From NCBI GenBank assembly GCA_037443025.1, contig JBBIPD010000002.1, positions 1 through 37,720 on the forward strand: a stretch of DNA of 37,720 nt, read 5' to 3'. Of this stretch, positions 28,017 to 35,391 are shown piece by piece; the first letter of the stretch is position 1, and every line of letters starts with the position of its first letter. Position numbers and translations under genes: made by a program. Origin of the DNA: Chloroflexota bacterium (GTDB lineage Bacteria > Chloroflexota > Anaerolineae > Anaerolineales > UBA4823). The notes beneath the pieces are model-generated. The model made no database searches and was not told the origin of the DNA. It worked only from the letters and a program-made list of their open reading frames with translations.

Positions 28017-28298
28017 TTTTTAACCCTAAGGGCAGTCAACCCCTACCTATGACTGCAATAAACCTATCATAGGCATAGCTCCAAATAATATTTGGCATAA
28101 AAATTGCAACCCTCCATCTATCGCCAGGGTGTTCCTGGTCTTATTAACCTCCCGTATCTGGCAGGATTGACGCATCGGAGGGGTTACAGGTGGTTTTTGG
28201 ATTGAAAAGTGGAGAATCTGTCAAAATCGTTAGATTCATAGCGGCTGATTTCAGGTAAAATATGTATATAGTAGCCTGAATATTAGGAGGGAGAGGCT

Positions 28299-28448
28299 AT
28301 GATGGGGATTATTGTAATTCTGGTGCTTGCTCTTCTGTACCTGGCTTATATCAACCGGGAAAACAAGTTCAAAGAGATTGAACGCCAGCAAGCGCTGCGC
28401 CGCGCCGTGCTCAAGCTGAACGAGAAGAATCAGCGCTTCAGCCATTAA
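28299..28448 (+). CDS. small membrane protein (49 aa), below the ORF-track length cutoff
   Basis: ATG at 28299 is preceded by AGGAGGGAG (28286-28294). Translation MMGIIVILVLALLYLAYINRENKFKEIERQQALRRAVLKLNEKNQRFSH has one TM helix and a basic amphipathic tail. The tracked antisense ORF 28251-28445 is probably spurious. Confidence 0.55.
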   Translation: MMGIIVILVLALLYLAYINRENKFKEIERQQALRRAVLKLNEKNQRFSH

Positions 28449-28712
28449 CCCGGCTTCAATTCAGAGAAATCTGGCTTAACCTGAGCCACGGTTGCCGGAA
28501 GGTGACCGTCGGCAATGGTTTGGTCTCTTTATGGCGTATTGCAAGGGGTAAACGCTTATTTCAGGCTGGGAGAAATGCGCGGAAAATGAACCATCCCCGA
28601 ACGTGGAAATATCCAGTTCGCTGTTGCGCCTTGCGCCAATCGCTGGTATGCTTAAGATGGATAAGACAAATCGGTTTGATTAGAATATCATCCTGCAACG
28701 GGCTGACCCATC

Positions 28713-29378
28713 ATGTATATTGCCATCGAAGGCGTTATTGGCGTTGGAAAAACCACCCTGGCGCGCCTGCTGCAACCGGCGTTTCAGGCTGAATTGTTGT
28801 TGGAGGTCTTTGAGGAGAATCCCTTCCTTTCAGACTTCTACGCTGATCGGGAGCGCTACGCGTTTCAGACGCAGATATTCTTCTTGCTCAGTCGCTATTA
28901 TCAACAGCGTCGGGCTGTGCCAAAAATACTGGAGGCGGGCGCTAACCTGCTGGCAGATTATACCTTTGAGAAAGACGCGTTGTTCGCCGGGATTAACCTG
29001 CGGGGTGATGAGTTGGAGATGTATCGCCGCGTCCATGAGGCGTTGGCGGAGAAAATCCCCTCGCCAGATCTGGTGGTCTACCTGCGGGCGGATACAGATG
29101 TGCTGATGCAACGCATCGCCTTGCGCGACCGACCATATGAGCGCAATATGGAGAGGGCATACATTGACGAACTCAACAAGGCGTATGATGAATTCTTCAT
29201 CGATCGCCGCCAGACAGACAAAGAGGGCAAGCCGCCAGTGTTGGTGATTGACACCAATCGCTTGGATTACGTGCGCGATGCGGAGAGCTTAAAGTGGGTG
29301 GAGAACCGCATCCGTCAGGCGTTGCGCCTGTCGCCATTTCAGGCGGAACTGCCTCTCGAGACGCAAGGGAGAGATTGA
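28713..29378 (+). CDS. deoxynucleoside kinase (dAK/dGK/dCK family)
   Basis: 221 aa. P-loop IAIEGVIGVGKTTLARLL, ERYAFQTQIFFL and a DR-type motif (IALRDRPYER). Confidence 0.85.
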   Translation: MYIAIEGVIGVGKTTLARLLQPAFQAELLLEVFEENPFLSDFYADRERYAFQTQIFFLLSRYYQQRRAVPKILEAGANLLADYTFEKDALFAGINLRGDELEMYRRVHEALAEKIPSPDLVVYLRADTDVLMQRIALRDRPYERNMERAYIDELNKAYDEFFIDRRQTDKEGKPPVLVIDTNRLDYVRDAESLKWVENRIRQALRLSPFQAELPLETQGRD

Positions 29379-29428
29379 TAGCAGAGGGAGAGCAGGCTCG
29401 GCGTCTGGCGAAGGAAGGTTGTTAATCT

Positions 29429-30433
29429 ATGCGCATTAATCGTCAGATATTGTTAAAAATTGCTCAAGACACTGTCGCCCAGCGCGCCCGCAAAGAGCGG
29501 GATATCGTCTCGGCATATCTGGTTGGATCGGTGTTAAGCGAAGATTATATTTTGGGCGGCACGGCGGACATTGACCTAGTCTTTGTTCACGCCGATTCCA
29601 CCCCAGAAGAGCGGGAAATTGTACGCCTGACCGACGAAGTCCACCTGGATATCGCCCATTATCCCCAGAAACATTATCGTCAGACGCGCCTCCTGCGAAG
29701 GCACCCCTGGCACGGACCGTCCATTTTTGGCTGCAAAGTGCTGTATGACCCGCAGCATTTCATGGATTTCACCCAAGCCAGCGTCCGGGGACAGTTTGAT
29801 CAGCCGGATAATGTGATAGATCGGGCGCGCCAGCAAGCCGAATCCGCCCGACAGACCTGGTTATCCTTTTATTCCGATGCGCCCAAACGGATTGGACCGA
29901 GAGATATCTATCAGTTTATCAAAGCCATCGCTCAGGCGGGCAACGCCGTCGCCAGTCTGTACGGCGCGCCGCTCACAGAACGTCGCTTTCTGCTTGCCTT
30001 CCGCCAGCGGGCTGAAGCCGCCGACAAGCTCAGTCTGTACCCCAAGGCGTTGGAGCTGTTAGGCGCTCCAAACGTGGAAAAAGAGGCTTTGCAGGTCTGG
30101 CTATCCGCCTGGCGGGTCTGCATCGAGAGCCTGCCGCCGGAAAGCGCCCCAGCCCGGCTCCATCCCGCTCGGATTCCTTATTACCTGCGGGCTTTTGAAC
30201 ATATCCTTGACGGCGATCAACCGATGGCGGTGTTGTACCCCCTGTTAAGCACCTGGACTCTGGCAGCCTGTCAGCTCCCTGAAGAGGCGGATGGGCTGGC
30301 TGCCTGGCAGAAGGCGTGTGCTTACCTGGGGTTTCTTGAGGCTGGCTTCAGCGAGCGCCTGGAGGCGTTGGACGCCTTTCTGGATGGAGTGGAAGAATCG
30401 CTGGACGAGTGGGCGCAGGCGAATGGAATCTGA
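29429..30433 (+). CDS. hypothetical protein with N-terminal Pol-beta-type nucleotidyltransferase motif and helical C-terminal domain
   Basis: 334 aa. GS-X12-DIDL (LVGSVLSEDYILGGTADIDLVFV) matches the minimal NTase signature. C-terminal ~200 aa helical and not recognised. Confidence 0.6.
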   Translation: MRINRQILLKIAQDTVAQRARKERDIVSAYLVGSVLSEDYILGGTADIDLVFVHADSTPEEREIVRLTDEVHLDIAHYPQKHYRQTRLLRRHPWHGPSIFGCKVLYDPQHFMDFTQASVRGQFDQPDNVIDRARQQAESARQTWLSFYSDAPKRIGPRDIYQFIKAIAQAGNAVASLYGAPLTERRFLLAFRQRAEAADKLSLYPKALELLGAPNVEKEALQVWLSAWRVCIESLPPESAPARLHPARIPYYLRAFEHILDGDQPMAVLYPLLSTWTLAACQLPEEADGLAAWQKACAYLGFLEAGFSERLEALDAFLDGVEESLDEWAQANGI

Positions 30434-30444
30434 AATAAATTAGT

Positions 30445-30478
30445 CGGCTGCCGCATGGGTTTGATCCAGCGGCAGCCG
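30445..30478 (+). terminator. rho-independent terminator after NTase-domain gene
   Basis: CGGCTGCCGC (30445-30454) pairs with GCGGCAGCCG (30469-30478), followed by GTTATTGTTT. Confidence 0.7.
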
Positions 30479-30483
30479 GTTAT

Positions 30484-30499
30484 TGTTTCACGTGAAACA
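30484..30499. other. parS centromere-like site (perfect 16-bp palindrome TGTTTCACGTGAAACA)
   Basis: Exact match to the chromosomal ParB/Spo0J parS consensus tGTTNCACGTGAAACa. Lies between convergent gene ends. Confidence 0.8.
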
Positions 30500-30529
30500 T
30501 GACATCGGCGACGCCTGATTTAACCGCTA

Positions 30530-30545
30530 TGTTTCACGTGAAACC
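30530..30545. other. second parS site (TGTTTCACGTGAAACC, 15/16)
   Basis: The 14-bp palindromic core GTTTCACGTGAAAC is identical to the first site. Centre-to-centre spacing is 46 bp. Confidence 0.7.
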
Positions 30546-30547
30546 GT

Positions 30548-30775
30548 TTAACCGCTTTCCCAGGAGCGCCTGCGACGGGCGGCTTGGCTCAGGGGGCGTT
30601 TGGCAACCACGGTAATTTTCTCGCTGCCACCGCCGGAGCTTTTGAAAACACTGATTACTTCCCAACCTTCTACACCCCATTCATCCAGGGTGCTCTCTAA
30701 CGCCTCGTCTTTTGGAGATCTAAAGAAGCTGCCAAAGGTCTCCACACGGTATTCCCATTGGACGGATTCAAGCAT
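30548..30775 (-). CDS. DUF4177-like small protein
   Basis: 75 aa. WEYRVETFG...LDEWGVEGWEVISV pattern is typical of DUF4177. GGAGG RBS inside the SPFH gene end. Confidence 0.65.
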   Translation of the reverse strand: MLESVQWEYRVETFGSFFRSPKDEALESTLDEWGVEGWEVISVFKSSGGGSEKITVVAKRPLSQAARRRRSWESG

Positions 30776-30778
30776 AGC

Positions 30779-31708
30779 TTATGCCTCCGGCGGTTTTGTC
30801 TGGGCGAGCGCGACCAGACCACTCAATCCGCCCAGGTTCATTGTATCCACAGCGCTGCTGGGGACGATGACCAGGGCGCCTTTTTCTTTCAGCCCCTCAA
30901 AGAGCATGTTCATGGCGCGCAGATGGAGGGCTGTTGGGTTGTTGATATAGGCTTGAGAGGCATCGGCGAAACTCTGGGCGATTTGCATCTCAGATTCGCC
31001 GAGGATGACCCGCGCCTGGCGCTCGCGTTCCGCCTGCGCCTGTCGGCTCATGGCGTCCTCCAGGTCCTGGGGGATAACAATATCCCGAATCTCCACAGAT
31101 TGGACGGTAATTCCCCAGGGTGTGGTGCGCTCATCAATGATGGTCTGCAAATCGGCGTCCATGCGAGCTCTTCCGACCAGGATATCCGCCAGGCTCATCT
31201 GCCCGATGATCTCCCGCAATGCAGTTTGAGCTGCCCAGGCTATGGCGGCATGGTAATTTTCCACTTCAAGAGCGGCTTTTTCTGCATCCCAAACCATCCA
31301 AAATAGAACGGCATCCACATCAACAGGAACTGTGTCCTTTGTTAGAGTCTTCTCGGCGTTGAATGGGGTCACCATAACCCGGTGGTCAATCCAGTTGGCG
31401 ATGGTGTCCACGATGGGGATGATCCAGAAAACGCCGGGTCCCGCCAGGCTGTGGAATTTCCCGAAGCGGAGGACGATCGCTTTTTCCCATTGCGAGGCGA
31501 TCTTCAACCCCAAAAGAAAATAAGTGCCAACCAGGAACAACCCAACGCTCACCCCCAGGATGACCCTTGCCGCAATACCCGCTTGAGCCATCCAAATCGA
31601 GACGAGTAAGGTAACCAGATAGATGATGATGGCAATGGTCAGCGCTACCCCATTAATCCGGACAGTAGTTGGGGTTGTTTCGATGGGTGTTTGACTCTTT
31701 TTGCTCAT
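30779..31708 (-). CDS. SPFH/band-7 (stomatin/slipin-like) membrane protein
   Basis: 309 aa. N-terminal TM helices, then the SPFH core (KAIVLRFGKF...TKDTVPVDVDAVLFW...ALREIIG) and a coiled-coil QAQAERERQARVI. Confidence 0.88.
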   Translation of the reverse strand: MSKKSQTPIETTPTTVRINGVALTIAIIIYLVTLLVSIWMAQAGIAARVILGVSVGLFLVGTYFLLGLKIASQWEKAIVLRFGKFHSLAGPGVFWIIPIVDTIANWIDHRVMVTPFNAEKTLTKDTVPVDVDAVLFWMVWDAEKAALEVENYHAAIAWAAQTALREIIGQMSLADILVGRARMDADLQTIIDERTTPWGITVQSVEIRDIVIPQDLEDAMSRQAQAERERQARVILGESEMQIAQSFADASQAYINNPTALHLRAMNMLFEGLKEKGALVIVPSSAVDTMNLGGLSGLVALAQTKPPEA

Positions 31709-31735
31709 GTTTACCTCGCTTTATGTTTGATGGAT

Positions 31736-32155
31736 TTAAGGTGCAGGGTTCGCTCCCTGTTCTCTCCATTGTTGAAGGCTGGTCAAAACAATGGACTCGA
31801 TTTCTTGGGGTGAAAACCCCATTCGAATCGCTTCAGCCAGGTATTGGCGGGTCAGATTTTCCAGGCTTTGCTGCCGCAAGGTCTGCAATGTGTCCTGGTT
31901 TGGTTTTTCCCAGATAAAGGTGCCGCGACCTTTTTGGGTGGAGATCAAACCGCTCTCATCCAGCAGGCGGTATGCCCGCGCCACGGTGTTGAAGTTGACC
32001 CGAAGCTCAGTAGCCAGTTGGCGCACGGTGGGGAGTTGCTCGCCTTGCTTTAGCTCGCCCGCAGCCACCATCTCCCGAATCTGCTCCATTATCTGGAGGT
32101 AGATGGGTTGGCTAGAGCGAAAGTCAATCTTTATCTGCATCCGAGGCGTTTTCAT
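31736..32155 (-). CDS. GntR-family (YtrA-subfamily-like, short) transcriptional regulator
   Basis: 139 aa. PIYLQIMEQIREMVAAGELKQGEQLPTVRQLATELRVNFNTVARAYRLL is a canonical GntR wHTH. Short C-terminal domain. Confidence 0.88.
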   Translation of the reverse strand: MKTPRMQIKIDFRSSQPIYLQIMEQIREMVAAGELKQGEQLPTVRQLATELRVNFNTVARAYRLLDESGLISTQKGRGTFIWEKPNQDTLQTLRQQSLENLTRQYLAEAIRMGFSPQEIESIVLTSLQQWREQGANPAP

Positions 32156-32160
32156 TGCTG

Positions 32161-32209
32161 ATTGTATAATTGTATGTTTGTACTAATTGTATTATTGTAC
32201 TAATTGTAT
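32161..32209. repeat. array of six (A/T)TTGTA(T/C) heptads at 8-9 bp spacing, including a 15-bp direct repeat TTGTACTAATTGTAT x2
   Basis: Heptads start at 32161, 32169, 32177, 32186, 32194 and 32203. The 15-mers are at 32178-32192 and 32195-32209. Located between the gntR start (32155) and its putative -35. Confidence 0.8.
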
Positions 32210-32230
32210 ATCAATTTTCCCTTTTGTCAA
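32203..32230 (-). promoter_or_regulatory. putative sigma70 promoter of the gntR-SPFH-DUF4177 operon
   Basis: On the minus strand: TTGACA (32230-32225), a 16-nt spacer, then TACAAT (32208-32203). The -10 and leader are covered by the TTGTA heptad array. Confidence 0.55.
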
Positions 32231-32383
32231 GAGGCTGCGCACTGATGAGTGGTTTCAGAAATCCGCATTTATCAGCCTGATCGTCGCAAACATTTTGTCT
32301 GTGGGCGCTATCTCCCGTGGTATGATTGGCGCGAGTGTGCCCTGGATGGCGCGACCCATTTTATCGAACTGAAGTGATCGCAG

Positions 32384-33157
32384 GTGAACGAGAATAATCT
32401 CCGAAAAATACTCGACGCTGTTCGTGCAGGGCAAATGCAGGTTGATGAGGCTGTCGAAACGTTGCGCATGCTGCCTTATGTGGAAATGGACTTTGCCAAG
32501 GTGGACCTGCATCGTTCCCTGGTCAAGGGTTTTCCTGAGGTGGTCTATTGCGAGGGCAAACAGGTAGATCATATTCTGGGCATTATGCGCACATTGACCG
32601 CCGGGGCAGGTCCGGTGCTGGCGACCCGCGCCAGCCCTGAGGTATTCGAAGCGGTTAAGGCGGTCATCCCGGGCGTGCGCTACCATGACCTGGCGCGAAT
32701 TATCGTTTATGAGCCGGAACCCTTGCCGAAGCGCTCGGGGACGATCCTCGTCGTCTCTGCGGGGACGGCTGATTTGCCCGTGGCGGAGGAGGCGGCTGTG
32801 ACGGCGGAGGTGATGGGCAACCCGGTTGACCGCGTGTACGATGTGGGCGTCTCTGGGTTGCACCGCCTTCTGGCGCACATTGAGCGAATTGCTCAAGCCA
32901 GCGTGCTCATCGTAGTGGCAGGCATGGAAGGCGCCCTGCCCAGCGTGGTCGGGGGGTTGACGCGCCGACCGGTGATTGCAGTCCCCACCAGCGTAGGGTA
33001 TGGCGCCAGTTTTGGCGGGTTGGCGGCGTTGCTCGCCATGCTCAACAGTTGCGCTTCCGGCGTGACTGTGGTCAATATTGACAACGGCTTCGGCGCGGCT
33101 TATGCTGCCAGCCTGATTAACGCGTTGAGGGACGAACGGGGCGGTTCTTCGGGATGA
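32384..33157 (+). CDS. larB: nickel-pincer cofactor biosynthesis protein LarB (PurE-like carboxylase/hydrolase)
   Basis: 257 aa. The N-terminal LRKILDAV..G....DEAVE.L pattern, D..R....G.PEVVYC.GK and the PurE-like VSAGTADLPVAEEA and VAGMEGALPSVV blocks are typical of LarB. Confidence 0.85.
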   Translation: MNENNLRKILDAVRAGQMQVDEAVETLRMLPYVEMDFAKVDLHRSLVKGFPEVVYCEGKQVDHILGIMRTLTAGAGPVLATRASPEVFEAVKAVIPGVRYHDLARIIVYEPEPLPKRSGTILVVSAGTADLPVAEEAAVTAEVMGNPVDRVYDVGVSGLHRLLAHIERIAQASVLIVVAGMEGALPSVVGGLTRRPVIAVPTSVGYGASFGGLAALLAMLNSCASGVTVVNIDNGFGAAYAASLINALRDERGGSSG

Positions 33158-34518
33158 AAACGCTTTATTTGGATTGCTTTGCCGGCATCAGCGGCGATAT
33201 GTTCCTGGGCGCGCTGATTGATGTGGGTCTGAGTCCCGAGGTGTTGATCGGAGAGCTGCGCAAACTTCCCCTGGAGGGATACCAGGTACACGTTTCCAGG
33301 ACGAGTAAACAGGGCATTCAGGCTGTCCAGTTTCGAGTGTTGCTGAGAGAAGAAGCTGGCGAACGGGTGGCGGACTCGGAATATGTGGAGCTTGACCAAC
33401 CCGGCGTTTTCCCTGACGAATCGAAAGGTGTCATCCACCAGAATCAGGAGCGCAGGCATACCGATTTGCCCCAAATTCTGGCGATCATTCATTCCAGCGC
33501 CCTGTACGAAAGGGTTAAGGACCTGTCGAGCCGGATTTTCACCCGCCTGGCGGAAGCCGAGGGGTTGGTTCATGGGTTGCCCATAGATGAGGTGTATTTT
33601 CATGAGGTGGGCGGGATAGATGCGATTGTGGATATTGTCGGCGCGGCGATTGGGATTGAGCAGCTTGGGATTGAGAGGGTGTATTCGTCATCGGTGCCGC
33701 TTGGTTCGGGTTTTATTCACAGCGAACACGGCACTTACCCCGTCCCCGCGCCGGCAACCGCTTATTTACTGCGCGGCGCCCCGACTTATACCAACCCGGT
33801 GAAAGGGGAGCTGGTGACGCCCACCGGGGCTGCCATCTTGACCACAATCGTCCAGGGTTATGGACCGATGCCCGAGATGCTGCTCCAGCAGGTGGGCTAT
33901 GGGGCTGGAACCCGCGAGCGCGATTACCCCAATGTGCTCAGGGTTTTTTTGGGCGAAAGCGAGTGGTCGCCGCGGCGTTCTGGGACCGAGGCGCGCCTCC
34001 CGCGCGCTCCCTTCCCTGAGCAACATCAGGCGCCTGTGGGCGAGGCGAGATACCACGAGGCGATGGCTGTGGTGATTGAAGCCAACATTGACGACATGAA
34101 CCCCCAGTTGTTTGAGAACTTGATGGACAGGCTGCTCGAGGCGGGGGCGTTGGATGTGCTGCTCATCCCGGCGCAGATGAAGAAAGGCAGACCCGGGGTA
34201 TTGCTCCATGTTTTGGCGTCACCGGCTTCTGTTGATGAGCTTCTGGCGATTATCTATGCCGAGTCCACCTCGATTGGAGCGCGCACATACCCTGTGACCA
34301 AACACATGCTCCAGCGCGAGACATTGGTGGTGGAGACACCCTACGGGATGGTGCGGGTGAAGGTCGCCCGGTTGGGTGAGAGGGTGGTCAATCTGGCTGC
34401 GGAGTACGAGGATATCCGGGAGGCGGCGCGGCGCTCGGGGGCAGCGTTGAAGGAGGTCATGGCGGAGGCGGTCGCGGTTGCCCGGCGGAGGTTGCAGGAT
34501 AGCCCACCACCAGACTGA
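33154..34518 (+). CDS. larC: nickel insertion protein LarC (DUF111 family), single unsplit ORF
   Basis: 454 aa. N-terminus MKTLYLDCFAGISGDMFLGALIDVG and HEVGGIDAIVDIVG are DUF111/LarC hallmarks. ATGA start/stop overlap with larB. Confidence 0.87.
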   Translation: MKTLYLDCFAGISGDMFLGALIDVGLSPEVLIGELRKLPLEGYQVHVSRTSKQGIQAVQFRVLLREEAGERVADSEYVELDQPGVFPDESKGVIHQNQERRHTDLPQILAIIHSSALYERVKDLSSRIFTRLAEAEGLVHGLPIDEVYFHEVGGIDAIVDIVGAAIGIEQLGIERVYSSSVPLGSGFIHSEHGTYPVPAPATAYLLRGAPTYTNPVKGELVTPTGAAILTTIVQGYGPMPEMLLQQVGYGAGTRERDYPNVLRVFLGESEWSPRRSGTEARLPRAPFPEQHQAPVGEARYHEAMAVVIEANIDDMNPQLFENLMDRLLEAGALDVLLIPAQMKKGRPGVLLHVLASPASVDELLAIIYAESTSIGARTYPVTKHMLQRETLVVETPYGMVRVKVARLGERVVNLAAEYEDIREAARRSGAALKEVMAEAVAVARRRLQDSPPPD

Positions 34519-34548
34519 ATATGATTCAGTGGAGCATTTTAGCCTACG

Positions 34549-35364
34549 ATGAAACGAATTGATGGATTCATCTTCGATTTAGATGGGACAATCTATCTGG
34601 GCGAAAAGGCGTTGCCCGGCGCGGTGGAATGCGTGGCGGAGCTGCGCCGCCGCGGCAAGCGGGTCCTGTTCATCAGCAACAAGCCCCTCCAACCCGGAAA
34701 GGTGTATGCCGATAAGCTCACCCGATTGGGCATTCCGGCTGAGGAGAGCGATATCATCACCTCGGCTTATGTGCTGGGTTATCATCTCAGCCGTACTGCG
34801 CCAGACCTGCGCCTGTATGTGATTGGCGAGACCAGCCTGGTGGAAGAGTTGCGTGGGCATGGCTTGACCGTCTGCGATGAGTTCGTTGAGCAAGACCCCA
34901 AGAGTGTGATTGATCCAGATGGGGTGGATGCCGTGGTGGTGGCGTTTGATCGCACCCTGGACTACCGCAAGTTGAACACGGCTTATCAGGCGCTCGTGCG
35001 CGGGGCGCGCTTTTTTTCGACGAACGCGGATAAAATCTGCCCCATGCCGGGCGGGGGCATCCCAGACGCCGGGGCGACCATTGCTGCTCTGGAACATATC
35101 ACCGGTCGCAAAGTTGAACTGGTGGCGGGCAAACCCTCTATGCTGGTGATGCAGGTGGCGGCGCAGCGTTTGGGTTTGGAGCCGGCGCAGATTATGATGG
35201 TGGGTGACCGCCTGGAGACGGATATTGTCATGGGGCAGCGAGCCGGAATGGTCACCGGGGTGGTGCTTACCGGAGTCACCCGTCGCGAAGATATCCCCAG
35301 TCTGGAGAACCCGCCGGATTACGTTCTGGAAAACCTGGGCGAGCTGCCGCGTTTGATCTTGTGA
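34549..35364 (+). CDS. HAD-IIA family sugar-phosphate phosphatase (NagD/AraL-like)
   Basis: 271 aa. Motif I FIFDLDGTIY, then ISNKP, GKP and MVGDRLETDI. 30 nt after larC with no intervening hairpin. Confidence 0.85.
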   Translation: MKRIDGFIFDLDGTIYLGEKALPGAVECVAELRRRGKRVLFISNKPLQPGKVYADKLTRLGIPAEESDIITSAYVLGYHLSRTAPDLRLYVIGETSLVEELRGHGLTVCDEFVEQDPKSVIDPDGVDAVVVAFDRTLDYRKLNTAYQALVRGARFFSTNADKICPMPGGGIPDAGATIAALEHITGRKVELVAGKPSMLVMQVAAQRLGLEPAQIMMVGDRLETDIVMGQRAGMVTGVVLTGVTRREDIPSLENPPDYVLENLGELPRLIL

Positions 35365-35391
35365 AGCAAAGTTTTTATAACGGAGGTTATC

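Noticed and set aside
28449-28712. Possible purine/2'-dG or other riboswitch upstream of the deoxynucleoside kinase, and the 96-aa ORF at 28502-28792
   Set aside because: No conserved riboswitch core motifs were recognisable. The ORF is Arg/Trp/Cys-rich, starts at GTG without an RBS and overlaps the kinase start. The region is kept only as a low-interest finding.
32255-32896. 213-aa minus-strand ORF overlapping larB, and the 61-aa ORF at 32187-32372
   Set aside because: The first is antisense to the well-supported larB. The 61-aa ORF lies in the divergent promoter region with no RBS. Both were judged spurious.
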